Assembly: GCA_001797675.1 (NCBI GenBank)
Contig: MGQB01000030.1
Location: forward strand, 40,077-104,076
Reading direction: 5' to 3'
Length of the DNA: 64,000 nucleotides
From: Deltaproteobacteria bacterium RBG_13_43_22
Lineage (GTDB): Bacteria > Desulfobacterota > RBG-13-43-22
Under the pieces are notes generated by a model, which saw only the letters and a list, made by a program, of their open reading frames with translations, had not been told where the DNA came from and searched no databases. The position numbers and the translations under genes were made by a program. This document shows, piece by piece, positions 1 through 10,599 of this stretch (position 1 is the first letter of the stretch; each line of letters begins with the position of its first letter).

Positions 1-73
1 CCGAAAATGGTGGTTATCCCTTCCTGGATCAAACTTTCAATAATTATTTCAGCTCCACTTAATCGCAAGGGTT

Positions 74-301
74 TTACCTCTTGGCCCGGTAGTCTTTTAA
101 TATTTGTTCAATCCGGTCCCGGCCGGCCAGTTTTAATTTTTGAATCTGTTTCTTTTCCCGGTTTTCCTCATCGGAAAGATAAAGCCTTTTTTTCAACTCA
201 TCTAACTGGGACTCAAATTCTTTGTGTTCAGAAAACAACTTTCGAAGTTCCTCGTTTTCAGGAATGAGTTGGTCGATCAATTCTTCGTCTCTCTTTTCCA
301 T
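74..301 (-). CDS. DUF465 (YdcH-like) small coiled-coil protein
   Basis: ORF 74..409(-). The C-terminal 75 aa (MEKRDEELIDQLIPENEELRKLFSEHKEFESQLDELKKRLYLSDEE...) is a typical charged DUF465 pattern. The ATG at 301 has GGAG 6 nt upstream; the longer N-terminus looks spurious. Confidence 0.7.
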   Translation of the reverse strand: MEKRDEELIDQLIPENEELRKLFSEHKEFESQLDELKKRLYLSDEENREKKQIQKLKLAGRDRIEQILKDYRAKR

Positions 302-444
302 AATCAACTCCATAAAAAAGAATTTTATAATTTTAAAATATCTTCTTGGATTTGTCAAATACAAAGATAGATGTAACTGGTTAATTAATTTCCAAAATGA
401 GTCTTTCAACTGAAAACGGTTATATATCCAATAAATATTCCCAT

Positions 445-472
445 TTGACAGGCTGAATTCTTGCGTTACAAT
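445..472 (+). promoter_or_regulatory. sigma70-type promoter TTGACA-16-TACAAT for the macro-domain gene
   Basis: TTGACA at 445-450, TACAAT at 467-472, about 185 nt upstream of the ATG at 657. Confidence 0.55.
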
Positions 473-531
473 CCTTTGTAACCCTCATGCCCTCTTGGGG
501 CGGGAACCATGAAGGATGAAAATTTCGCCTA

Positions 532-627
532 GGATTCAAGGAGTCAAGGGGTCAAGGACCGCGGGGCGGAGTGAAAGGCGTTGAAGTTAAAACCCTTGAA
601 CCCTCGAATCCTGCAATCCTCAAACCC
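532..627. repeat. Tandem-unit inverted repeat (GGATTCAAGG type)
   Basis: Left arm GGATTCAAGGAGTCAAGGGGTCAAGG (532-557). Right arm CCCTTGAACCCTCGAATCCTGCAATCCTCAAACCC (593-627). The arms are imperfectly complementary. Confidence 0.7.
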
Positions 628-656
628 TGTTTTCTTATTAAATCAGGAGGTGCTGT

Positions 657-1205
657 ATGGAATTTACAATCGGCCGGACTGTATTCTTTCTGGAAGAAGG
701 AGACCTCACCCATCAGGAAACCGAAGCCATTGTCAATGCCGCCAATTCCCGTTTAGCCGGTGGAGGGGGGGTGGATGGGGCCATCCACCGGGCCGGTGGA
801 CCGGTTATCATGGAGGAATGCCGCAGAATCGGCGGTTGTCCTACCGGACAGGCGGTGATTACCACAGGGGGCAAACTCAAGGCCAGGTATGTGATCCACA
901 CCGTCGGCCCTATTTATCAGGGCGGGAACCGTGGGGAAGCCGGGCTGTTGGCGGGCGCGTATCAGGAGAGTCTGAAACTGGCCCATAAAAAAGGAATCCG
1001 ATCCGTGGCCTTTCCATCTCTTAGCACCGGCGCCTACGGCTATCCCCTGGAAGAAGCCGCCCGTATCGCGGTAAAGACCGTGGCCGCCTATCTCCGAGAA
1101 AATCCCGGTTTCGACCGGGTGGGATTTGTTCTTTTTGGAAACCAGGCCTATCAGACCTACGTTCAAGCCGCCGTAAAAGAATTAACCATGGAGAAAAAGG
1201 GATAA
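657..1205 (+). CDS. Macro-domain protein (O-acetyl-ADP-ribose deacetylase, YmdB-like)
   Basis: 182 aa with motifs AIVNAANSRLAGGGGVDGAIHRAGG, VIHTVGP and AFPSLSTGAYGYP. AGGAGG Shine-Dalgarno sequence upstream. Confidence 0.9.
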   Translation: MEFTIGRTVFFLEEGDLTHQETEAIVNAANSRLAGGGGVDGAIHRAGGPVIMEECRRIGGCPTGQAVITTGGKLKARYVIHTVGPIYQGGNRGEAGLLAGAYQESLKLAHKKGIRSVAFPSLSTGAYGYPLEEAARIAVKTVAAYLRENPGFDRVGFVLFGNQAYQTYVQAAVKELTMEKKG

Positions 1206-1264
1206 AAGTCTGCACCGCCAACAGACTCCCTTCTCCGGATTCTGAAGGACCTATCCATTCAACC

Positions 1265-2584
1265 TCAGGCGATGGCCTGGATATCGGTATTCACCTCAGG
1301 CGGCTTGGGAGGCCGGACAAAGGGCAATATAGCCGATGAAACGGCCAGCAGTATGGTAAACAACCAAAAGGCGCTGGTGTACGAGCCGGTCGTATCGTAG
1401 ACCCAACCGGCATAAATGGGAGCGGCAACGCCCACCGGAGTCAGGAACAGTGAGGCCGTCCCCTGGATGGTACCGAAGGCCTTGCGCCCGAAGTAACGTG
1501 CCCTTATGGAAGTGTTAAGGGTTATGCCTGCCCCCATGCCGAATCCGTAAAGAATGAACCAGACATAAATCATGAACTCCGTCTGAAAGAGCATGAAAAT
1601 TCCCATACCCACGGCCTGCATCAAATAAGCAACCGCAAGAACTTTTCGCATTTGTCCTATTTCAACGCGATCGGCTATTATTCCGCCCGCATATCTTGCC
1701 GGAATGCTGGCCCCAATCATGAGGGCCATCATGAACGCCGCAGTTAAGGGATTGATACCTCTGTCCGTGAGAAAAGGGACACCATGGATGTTGACGGCCG
1801 GCGACACCAAACCATAGACGGCCTGGGCCAGGATAAGCAGCCAGAAGGCCGGGGTCTTCATGGCCTGTTTGAGGGTGAACTCCACTTCCTGAACCTCGGC
1901 GGCATAGGCTATGCCCCGGGTTATCATGGCCTTCTGGTCGGCGGTTTCTGTTTCAACCTTGGCCCCGTCGGGAAGAAGTCCGTAGTATTCGGGCCGGTGA
2001 GACTTCAGAAAAAACAGCACCAGCGGCAATCCGACCACGCCAAACACCAGGCCGCCTATAACACAGGTGGTTCGCCATCCCACCATAGTTATGAGCCAGG
2101 CGATCAGGGGCAGGATGATTACCCCGGAGATCCCGGAAAACATCCATTTGATGCTCAAGGCCACCCCTCTTTTTTTAACAAACCAGTTGGTGATGGCCGT
2201 ATCGAGCGGGATGGCCAAAGCGGTGTTGATCCCCGTTCCAAATAAAACACCCCAAATCAGAAGGAAGGACCAAAAGGAATGAATAAAATACATTAATATC
2301 AGGCTTGCACTGGCTAAGAGGATGCCGGAAAAAACGATCCACTTGGGGCCGAATCGGTCGGTAATCCAACCGGCGATAAGCGCTTCAAAGCCCCCTTCAA
2401 ACCTTCCTATTCCTGCGGCAATCGAGGTGTTGGCCCTGCTGAAACCCAAATCCGAGGCAATGGGTTTGAATAAGGCGGATATGCCGTAAGCATAGTACCC
2501 AAAACCCCAAAGACAAAAAAATCCGCTGGCTAAAACCGTCCACCAGCCGAAAAATATTTCTGATGACTTCTTTTTCTTGATCAA
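1265..2584 (-). CDS. MFS transporter (oxalate/formate antiporter-like)
   Basis: 439 aa with about 12 hydrophobic segments and the MFS loop motif GWITDRFGPK. TTG start preceded by AAAGGAAAAG. Confidence 0.8.
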   Translation of the reverse strand: MIKKKKSSEIFFGWWTVLASGFFCLWGFGYYAYGISALFKPIASDLGFSRANTSIAAGIGRFEGGFEALIAGWITDRFGPKWIVFSGILLASASLILMYFIHSFWSFLLIWGVLFGTGINTALAIPLDTAITNWFVKKRGVALSIKWMFSGISGVIILPLIAWLITMVGWRTTCVIGGLVFGVVGLPLVLFFLKSHRPEYYGLLPDGAKVETETADQKAMITRGIAYAAEVQEVEFTLKQAMKTPAFWLLILAQAVYGLVSPAVNIHGVPFLTDRGINPLTAAFMMALMIGASIPARYAGGIIADRVEIGQMRKVLAVAYLMQAVGMGIFMLFQTEFMIYVWFILYGFGMGAGITLNTSIRARYFGRKAFGTIQGTASLFLTPVGVAAPIYAGWVYDTTGSYTSAFWLFTILLAVSSAILPFVRPPKPPEVNTDIQAIA

Positions 2585-2839
2585 AATAACTTTTCCTTTT
2601 CATGGATGATAGAGGATCTGCCCAGTGGATCCTGATAAATATTTTAAAGCCGAAAAATACGAAAACACAGGATAAATGTTTGAGAAGAATAGGTTTACCA
2701 TATCTTTTTTATAATTCAAACTAATATTCGATCCAGACCTTTCCTGGTTTGACAAGGTCTTCTAAAGATGATAAAAATTAAATATCAGGAAGAAAACTTT
2801 TCTTATGAATCAGGTAAATTTAACGGAAAAGGAGTTTAA

Positions 2840-3529
2840 ATGAAATCAATTTGGATCGGACTACTGGGGATTTTACTTCTCTCGACACAGGTCTTGGCAG
2901 CAGAGAACGGCGCACTAAAAAGCCAAAAAGACAAGACCAGCTACGCCATCGGGATCAATGTCGGTAAAAACATAAAACAATTGCCGATGGGTATTGACCC
3001 GGATATCTTTGCTAAAGGATTTAAGGATGCCTTTTCAGGGGCCAAACCCATACTGAGTGAAGAAGAGATGCGTACGGTTCTGGCCGCTTTTCAAAAAGAA
3101 ATAACAGCCAAACAGACCGAGATAATGAAATCAGCGGGCGACAAAAACAAGAAGGAAGGGGAGGCCTTCCTGGCTGAGAACAAAAAAAAGGATGGGGTAA
3201 AAACCTTACCCAGCGGATTGCAATACAAGGTAATAAAAGAAGGGACCGGCAAAAAGCCAAAGGCGACCAATACGGTGACCACCCATTATCAGGGCACCCT
3301 CATTGACGGCACCGAGTTTGACAGTTCCTATAAACGGGGTGAGCCGGCGTCTTTCCCACTCTCCGGAGTGATCCCCGGCTGGACCGAAGCGCTCCAGTTG
3401 ATGAAGGTCGGTTCCAAATGGCAGCTTTTTGTTCCTTCAAAACTGGCCTATGGTGAACGAGGGGCCGGACCCATAATAGGGCCGAACGCTACACTGATAT
3501 TTACCGTAGAGCTTTTATCGATTAAGTAA
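2840..3529 (+). CDS. FKBP-type peptidyl-prolyl cis-trans isomerase (FkpA/Mip-like), secreted
   Basis: Signal peptide MKSIWIGLLGILLLSTQVLAA. C-terminal FKBP domain (YQGTLIDGTEFDSSYKRGEPASFPLSGVIPGWTEALQLMKVGSKW). Confidence 0.9.
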   Translation: MKSIWIGLLGILLLSTQVLAAENGALKSQKDKTSYAIGINVGKNIKQLPMGIDPDIFAKGFKDAFSGAKPILSEEEMRTVLAAFQKEITAKQTEIMKSAGDKNKKEGEAFLAENKKKDGVKTLPSGLQYKVIKEGTGKKPKATNTVTTHYQGTLIDGTEFDSSYKRGEPASFPLSGVIPGWTEALQLMKVGSKWQLFVPSKLAYGERGAGPIIGPNATLIFTVELLSIK

Positions 3530-3610
3530 CCCTGACAAAAAATATTTCAGCTATGTTCTTAAATCCGATTAACCAGAGATCTTGGTTGGACCAACTCTAT
3601 TCAAAAAATG

Positions 3611-3673
3611 CTGGATACTGGATAACTAAAAACATCCAGGATCGTTTATTATTTTTATTCAGTATCCAGAATC
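3611..3673. repeat. Tandem-unit inverted repeat (CTGGATA type) in the thiE leader
   Basis: CTGGATACTGGATA (3611-3624) faces CAGTATCCAGAATC (3660-3673). Confidence 0.5.
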
Positions 3674-3715
3674 TAATATCGCTCCACCGGGGGCCCTTGT
3701 TATCGAGTTTTGGGA

Positions 3716-4363
3716 ATGGTGATTAAGGTGAAAAAGATTGGAAGATTTCACGTACTGACCGACACCCTCCTGCAACACCGTTTCTCCCATGAGCAGCTCG
3801 CCGGGCTGGCTCTTGAAGGCGGGGCCGATACCATTCAGTTTCGTCAGAAAATAGGGACGACCAGGGAAATGATCCAAACCACAGGGCCCATGCAGGCCTT
3901 GTGCCGGAGGGCCGGGGTGCCCCTTATTGTCAATGATCGCCTGGATGTGGCCATCGCCTCTCTGGCCGACGGGATTCATCTCGGTCAGGAAGACTTCCCC
4001 ATCCCTCTGGCCAGAAAAATTCTTGGAGAGAAGACCATCATCGGCGGTTCGGCCAGTACTCTGGACGAGGCCCATAAATGTCTCTTGGAAGGTGTGGACT
4101 ATGTGGGATTCGGTCCTGTTTTTACTACGACTTCCAAAGAAGATGCCGGACCGGCCAGCGGGCTCGGTCTCCTGAAACAGGTGGTCCAGGAGATCCCTTT
4201 GCCGATCATTGCTATCGGGGGCATCACTCAAGAAAATATCATCCAGGTGATGCAGACAGGGGCTTATGGGATTGCCGTTATCTCTGCGGTCTGTTGTCAA
4301 AAAGACCCCAGGGAGGCCACCCGAATTTTTCGAAGCATACTGGAGTCCGGCCATCATGCCTGA
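3716..4363 (+). CDS. thiE: Thiamine-phosphate synthase
   Basis: ORF 3710..4363. Has the HVLTD, IQFRQK, VNDRLDVA and GVDYVGFGPVFTTTSK motifs. The start is ambiguous (TTG 3710 or ATG 3716). Confidence 0.88.
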   Translation: MVIKVKKIGRFHVLTDTLLQHRFSHEQLAGLALEGGADTIQFRQKIGTTREMIQTTGPMQALCRRAGVPLIVNDRLDVAIASLADGIHLGQEDFPIPLARKILGEKTIIGGSASTLDEAHKCLLEGVDYVGFGPVFTTTSKEDAGPASGLGLLKQVVQEIPLPIIAIGGITQENIIQVMQTGAYGIAVISAVCCQKDPREATRIFRSILESGHHA

Positions 4364-5396
4364 GCGGATCATAGACATCGGGGAGTTTGGGCTGATTCGG
4401 AGGATCCGTGATCTTCTGAACAGGGAGGGTCGACGGTCTGAACGGGTAACTCTGGGAATCGGTGATGACACGGCCTCTTTCCTGCCCCGCCCGGGTTATG
4501 AACTTTTAGTCACCTGTGATTGCCTGGTGGAAGGCCGCCACTATCTGCCGGGACGTATCACTCCTTTACATTTAGGACGGCGGGCTATGACCCTAAATAT
4601 CAGCGACATTGGGGCCATGGGAGGCAAACCCCTTTTTGCCCTTATCTCGATCGGATTAAAGGCGGAAGCCCTTGTTCAAGATATTGAAGAGATATACCGC
4701 GGGTTTCTTTGGGAACTGAATCCCTTCGGGGCCTCTATCATCGGTGGTAATCTCACCCAATCGGGGAATGGGATGTTTATCGATATCACCCTGATAGGGG
4801 AAGTGGAGCAGGGAAAAGGCGTACGCCGTTCCGGGGCAAGACCGGGAGATGTAATCCTGGTTACCGGATATCTGGGCCAGGCGGCTGCCGGGCTTAAGCT
4901 CCTGCTTCAGTCCCCCGATGACCTTAGCCTACGGAAGCATCCCTTAGTCAAGATCTATAACGCCCCTTCTCACCGGGCTTATTTTGGGGCTGCGATCGCC
5001 GAGGCCGGATTGGCCACAGCCATGATTGATACCAGCGATGGGTTCCTTGGAGATTTAGGACATGTTTGTACAGAGAGCAACGTTGGAGCTGTTTTAATGA
5101 AAGAAAAACTCCCGGTCAGTGAAGCTCTCCGAGAGGCGGCCCTTGATTTCCACAAAGATCCTTATGACTTTTTTCTGGGTGAAAGCGACGATTACGAGTT
5201 GATAATCACCTGTCAACCGGATAAGGTTACCTTACTTTGTTCCCTGGCAACCCGATTGGGCTTTCCGGTTCCCTTGACGGAAATAGGGAGAATCACCGCC
5301 GAGGCCGGAAATATGATCATCATCCACACGGATGGTTCAAGACATTCGGTCAACCCCTCAGGCTGGGATCATTTTCGGTTGAAAGAAGAAGACTAA
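4356..5396 (+). CDS. thiL: Thiamine-monophosphate kinase
   Basis: AIR-synthase-like fold (GEFGLIRRI, GIGDDTA, ISDIGAMGG). The ATG at 4356 overlaps the thiE stop (ATGCCTGA). The part of ORF 4266..5396 upstream of it is the thiE overlap. Confidence 0.88.
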   Translation: MPERIIDIGEFGLIRRIRDLLNREGRRSERVTLGIGDDTASFLPRPGYELLVTCDCLVEGRHYLPGRITPLHLGRRAMTLNISDIGAMGGKPLFALISIGLKAEALVQDIEEIYRGFLWELNPFGASIIGGNLTQSGNGMFIDITLIGEVEQGKGVRRSGARPGDVILVTGYLGQAAAGLKLLLQSPDDLSLRKHPLVKIYNAPSHRAYFGAAIAEAGLATAMIDTSDGFLGDLGHVCTESNVGAVLMKEKLPVSEALREAALDFHKDPYDFFLGESDDYELIITCQPDKVTLLCSLATRLGFPVPLTEIGRITAEAGNMIIIHTDGSRHSVNPSGWDHFRLKEED

Positions 5397-5412
5397 AAAA
5401 GGAAGGTTTCCT

Positions 5413-6228
5413 ATGTTCGACCAAGACTTGGCCCAAAAGGCCGCCGAGAATTTAAAACAGGTTCGTGAAAAAAAACCGCTCATCCACAACATTACCAATT
5501 ATGTGGTCATGAACTATACGGCCAATGCTTTGTTGGCTTGTGGGGCCTCACCGGTAATGGCCCATGCGGCTGAAGAGGTGGAGGAAATGGTTTCCCTGGC
5601 CGGAGCCTTGGTGCTCAATATCGGAACTTTGAGCCTCCCCTGGATCGAGGCCATGTTGAAGGCCGGAAAAAGGGCCAATGCCCTAAAGATTCCGGTAATC
5701 CTGGATCCCGTTGGCGCAGGGGCCACGAGACTGCGCACCGATACCGCCAAGCGGATCTTAGAAGCAATTTCGATCCAAGTAATTCGGGGCAATGCCTCGG
5801 AAATCCTCTCTCTGGCCGAAGAAGGACCGGAAACCTCCACCAAGGGGGTGGATTCCGTTCACACCGTAGACCAAGCCACAAAAACGGCCAGGTTACTGGC
5901 CAAGGACTTAAAAACAACGCTGGCCATTACCGGGGCAGTGGATTTGATTACCGACGGGGAACGGGTCTGCCGAGTACTGAACGGACATGCCATGATGAGT
6001 CGCATCACCGGAACGGGTTGTACCGCGACGACGATGATTGCCGCCTTCCTGGCAGTTGACCCCGATCCCTTAACGGCGGCTGCAACCGGATTGTCTTATT
6101 TTGGTTTGGCCGGTGAAAAGGCTTCGGCTGGGGCCGCGGGTCCCGGCAGCTTCCAGAATGCACTCCTCGACGCCCTTTATCTGATAAATGAAGAAGATTT
6201 GAGGACAGGGGCCAAAATCCAGACTTGA
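5413..6228 (+). CDS. thiM: Hydroxyethylthiazole kinase
   Basis: 271 aa with PLIHNITNYVVMNYTANALLACGASPVMA and ITGTGC motifs. Follows thiL. Confidence 0.9.
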   Translation: MFDQDLAQKAAENLKQVREKKPLIHNITNYVVMNYTANALLACGASPVMAHAAEEVEEMVSLAGALVLNIGTLSLPWIEAMLKAGKRANALKIPVILDPVGAGATRLRTDTAKRILEAISIQVIRGNASEILSLAEEGPETSTKGVDSVHTVDQATKTARLLAKDLKTTLAITGAVDLITDGERVCRVLNGHAMMSRITGTGCTATTMIAAFLAVDPDPLTAAATGLSYFGLAGEKASAGAAGPGSFQNALLDALYLINEEDLRTGAKIQT

Positions 6229-6525
6229 AGACCTCTCTCGCCTGAACCGAACTAAAAAATAAGGTTTGGCTTTTGCAGGGCGGGCTAGAAACCCACCTCT
6301 GTGAGGAGCGTGCAACAAGGGAAGTTATTCTCACCCCCTTTATACCCGCCGACTTGTGCAAATTCGTCACCATCTCCCAGGGAAGTGAAGTCAAAAGAGA
6401 ATCTTTAAAACATTCCCTCCCCTATGACCATCCCAGGGAAAATAACCGTTTGAAAAAAAGCACATTTTTTATGGACATTTTTCCAAATTTGTGGTTAATT
6501 TAATCTTTTAAGGGGAAAAAGGGCC

Positions 6526-7431
6526 ATGATACCCATCCATCAAATCATCGAAGAATTCCTGAAACAGAATGAGGCCGAAAGGCGGTTGTCGTCTCATTCC
6601 TTGCGCGGATACCGGCAGGATTTAAGGGAATTCTTAAACTATCTGGAAACCCAGGGGATTGAGGAAACCAGGCAAATGGATTTGCCTCTTTTAAGAGGTT
6701 TTCTGGCCCAACTGCACCAAAAAAATAAAAAAAGCACGGTGGCCCGAAAAATGGCCGCCATTCGATCCTGTTTTGGTTATGCCCAGAAAAAAGGATGGAT
6801 CCCGGAAAACCCGATCGTCCATATCCGAACGCCCAAGATTGAAAAAACGATCCCTCCTTTCCTGTCGGAAAAGGAGGTCGATACCTTCTTGCAGGAGCCG
6901 GACACCGGCTCTTTATTGGACCTTAGGGATCAGGCCTTCCTGGAGTTGTTTTATGCCTCGGGATTGCGCTTGAGTGAATTAACCGGTCTGGCTTGGAATT
7001 CCCTGGATCTTTCCGTTGGGATGCTTCGGGTTATCGGTAAGGGCGACAAGGAAAGGATTGTACCGGTGGGACGAAAGGCCGTCGAGTCTTTAATGAATTA
7101 TCAACGGGCCTTGAAGCAGGCCGAACAACGATCGGAAATTAAAATTAACGATCATCAGTCCGTATTCCTGAATCGCTTCGGGAAAAAAATCAGCGATCGG
7201 ACCATCGCCCGTCGATTGAAAAAACGGGTGATCAAGGGAAATCTGTCTCCGGCCATCAGCCCCCATTCCTTACGGCACAGCTTTGCGACCCATCTGTTGA
7301 ATGCCGGGGCCGACCTGAGAATTGTTCAGGAACTGTTGGGACACACCTCCCTTTCCACAACCCAGAAATATACGCACATCAGCATGAACCGTTTACTCGA
7401 GGTCTATCAAAAGGCCCATCCAAGGGGGTAG
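6526..7431 (+). CDS. xerC: Tyrosine recombinase XerC
   Basis: 301 aa with the C-terminal catalytic pattern [12 protein letters not shown]...[15 protein letters not shown]. Sits directly upstream of hslVU. Confidence 0.9.
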   Translation: MIPIHQIIEEFLKQNEAERRLSSHSLRGYRQDLREFLNYLETQGIEETRQMDLPLLRGFLAQLHQKNKKSTVARKMAAIRSCFGYAQKKGWIPENPIVHIRTPKIEKTIPPFLSEKEVDTFLQEPDTGSLLDLRDQAFLELFYASGLRLSELTGLAWNSLDLSVGMLRVIGKGDKERIVPVGRKAVESLMNYQRALKQAEQRSEIKINDHQSVFLNRFGKKISDRTIARRLKKRVIKGNLSPAISPHSLRHSFATHLLNAGADLRIVQELLGHTSLSTTQKYTHISMNRLLEVYQKAHPRG

Positions 7432-7432
7432 G

Positions 7433-7960
7433 ATGTTTGAAGGAACAACCATTTTGGCCCTTCGCCATCAGGCAAAGGTGGTCATCGCCGGTGACGGCCA
7501 GGTTACAATGGGGCAGACCGTGATGAAACACCGGGCCAGAAAGATCCGGCGTCTGTATCACGACCAAATCCTGACCGGTTTTTCCGGGGCCACGGCTGAT
7601 GCCCTGACCTTGTTTGAGCGATTGGAAGCTAAGCTTGAACAATTTAACGGGAACTTGACCAGGGCGGCAGTGGAAACGGCCAAAGACTGGCGTACCGATA
7701 AGATTCTTCGTCGGCTGGAGGCGTTGCTGCTTGCGGCTGACCGTGATCATATCTTGATCCTGTCCGGAACAGGCGATGTCATGGAACCCGATGAAGATGT
7801 TGCGGCCATTGGTTCCGGCGGCCCCCTGGCCTTATCTGCCGCCACGGCTTTAATGGGCTTTTCTACCCTTTCGGCCGTTGAAATTGCCCGGGAGGCCATG
7901 AAGATTGCCGCTTCCTTGTGTATATACACCAACGAGCAGATCGTATTGGAGGAATTGTAA
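7433..7960 (+). CDS. hslV: ATP-dependent protease subunit HslV
   Basis: Starts [12 protein letters not shown] (Thr nucleophile after Met processing); 175 aa. Confidence 0.95.
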   Translation: MFEGTTILALRHQAKVVIAGDGQVTMGQTVMKHRARKIRRLYHDQILTGFSGATADALTLFERLEAKLEQFNGNLTRAAVETAKDWRTDKILRRLEALLLAADRDHILILSGTGDVMEPDEDVAAIGSGGPLALSAATALMGFSTLSAVEIAREAMKIAASLCIYTNEQIVLEEL

Positions 7961-8038
7961 CTAAACCGGTCCACATCCCTCCGGTATTCTGCGGCGGCAT
8001 GAAATTTTTCAAATTATAAGGAGAAAAACCAACCCATC

Positions 8039-9412
8039 ATGCATTATCTGACACCCAGAGAAATCGTCTCTGAACTGGACAAATATATTGTCGGTCAGGA
8101 TGCGGCCAAACGAACCGTCGCCATTGCTCTGCGGAATCGATGGCGTCGGCAGCAGGTTCCTGAATCGATTCAAGATGAAATCGCCCCTAAAAATATTATT
8201 ATGATCGGCCCCACCGGGGTCGGAAAGACCGAGATATCCAGACGCCTGGCCCGGCTGGCCCAATCCCCCTTTCTTAAGGTCGAGGTGACCAAGTTTACGG
8301 AAGTGGGCTATGTGGGCCGGGATGTGGAATCCATGATTCGGGATCTGGCTGAACTGGCTATTAATATGATCAAGGCCGAAGAAAAACAAAAAGTCATGTC
8401 CAGGGCCAGGGAAATCGCTGAAGAGCGTTTATTGGACTTACTGCTTCCTCCCAAAACCGAACCCCCTAAAACAGAGGAACCGGCAGGGCAGGAAAAAATT
8501 TTAGAGGTGGTTAGAAGGCCCAGTCCCGAACCGTTATCCACCCGGGAAAAACTGCGAACTCTCTTTCAAGAAGGAAAATTGGAAGAGCGCTACGTGGATA
8601 TGGAGGTCACCCAGAGGTCGGTCCCCATGGTTGAAATATTTTCCACCGTGGGGATGGAAGAGATGGATTTCAACTTGAAGGACATGTTCGGCAATCTTTT
8701 CCCTAAGAAAACCAAACGACGCAAGGTCAAGGTACCTGAGGCCTTCGAGATTTTGGTTCAGGAAGAGTCTCAGCGTTTGATTGATATGGACAAGGTGACC
8801 GAAGAAGCCATCCGCAAAGTAGAACAGACCGGGATCATCTTTTTGGATGAAATCGACAAAATAGCCGGACGCGGGTCCAGTCATGGTCCGGATGTCTCTC
8901 GGGAAGGGGTCCAGCGGGATTTGTTGCCGATTGTCGAAGGGTCCACGGTAACCACCAAATACGGGATGGTACGGACCGATCATATCCTGTTTATCGCTTC
9001 CGGGGCTTTTCACAATTCCAAGCCCTCGGATTTGATCCCGGAATTGCAGGGCCGGTTTCCTATCCGGGTGGAATTGAATTCCCTGACTCAGGAAGACTTT
9101 ATTCGTATATTGACCGAGCCCCAGGCGGCCCTGATCACCCAATATTGTGAACTGATGAAAACCGAAGGGATCCGCTTGACCTTCTTATCCGAAGCCGTGG
9201 CTGAGATTGCTCGCATTGCCTTTCAGGTGAATCTACGGACGGAAAATATCGGGGCCCGCCGGCTGCATACCATTATGGAAAGACTTCTGGATGATCTGTC
9301 TTTTGAGGCCCCGGACCGGGCGGAAAAGGAATGCACGGTTAATGCCGATTACGTTCGGAACAAATTGTCGGCCATTGAAGAGAATGAAGATCTGAGCCGG
9401 TATATTCTTTAG
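8039..9412 (+). CDS. hslU: ATP-dependent protease ATPase subunit HslU
   Basis: Walker A motif [24 protein letters not shown], and intermediate I-domain; 457 aa. Confidence 0.95.
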   Translation: MHYLTPREIVSELDKYIVGQDAAKRTVAIALRNRWRRQQVPESIQDEIAPKNIIMIGPTGVGKTEISRRLARLAQSPFLKVEVTKFTEVGYVGRDVESMIRDLAELAINMIKAEEKQKVMSRAREIAEERLLDLLLPPKTEPPKTEEPAGQEKILEVVRRPSPEPLSTREKLRTLFQEGKLEERYVDMEVTQRSVPMVEIFSTVGMEEMDFNLKDMFGNLFPKKTKRRKVKVPEAFEILVQEESQRLIDMDKVTEEAIRKVEQTGIIFLDEIDKIAGRGSSHGPDVSREGVQRDLLPIVEGSTVTTKYGMVRTDHILFIASGAFHNSKPSDLIPELQGRFPIRVELNSLTQEDFIRILTEPQAALITQYCELMKTEGIRLTFLSEAVAEIARIAFQVNLRTENIGARRLHTIMERLLDDLSFEAPDRAEKECTVNADYVRNKLSAIEENEDLSRYIL

Positions 9413-9428
9413 TTTTAGATGAAAATAA

Positions 9429-10520
<1,092 letters not shown>

Positions 10521-10570
10521 AACAGCTGAAAGCTGAACCTTCAAAGAAAAAGCAGTTGCTTTCAGCTTTG
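10521..10570. repeat. Tandem-unit hairpin (CAGCTGAAAGCTGAA type)
   Basis: AACAGCTGAAAGCTGAACC (10521-10539) faces GCAGTTGCTTTCAGCTTTG (10552-10570), with a 10-bp perfect core. Confidence 0.65.
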
Positions 10571-10599
10571 AAAATTGCGCTTAAAAGGTGGATATTTTT

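Noticed and set aside
7-413. Plus-strand ORFs 7-267 and 222-413 at the window start.
   Set aside because: They are antisense to the DUF465 gene and have low-complexity products. The DUF465 reading is far better supported.
3530-3715. Possible TPP riboswitch in front of thiE-thiL-thiM.
   Set aside because: CTGGATAAC is the only resemblance to the TPP aptamer (CUGGAUAAUGCCAGC). I could not find the CUGAGA core, the GGGGUGC segment or a P1 helix. The CTGGATA repeats fit the tandem-unit hairpin class instead. A covariance-model scan would settle it.
3659-4471. Long antisense or out-of-frame ORFs overlapping well-supported genes. Examples: 3659-4471(-), 8534-9142(-), 9615-10259(-), 10744-11565(-), 20593-21147(-), 30674-31285(-), 31140-31802(-), 33841-34761(+), 42845-43594(-), 43661-44425(-), 63331-63915(+).
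   Set aside because: Their products are low-complexity (Gly/Arg/Pro-rich) with no recognisable motifs. Each lies opposite to, or out of frame with, a gene that has strong family signatures. This is typical of open shadow frames.
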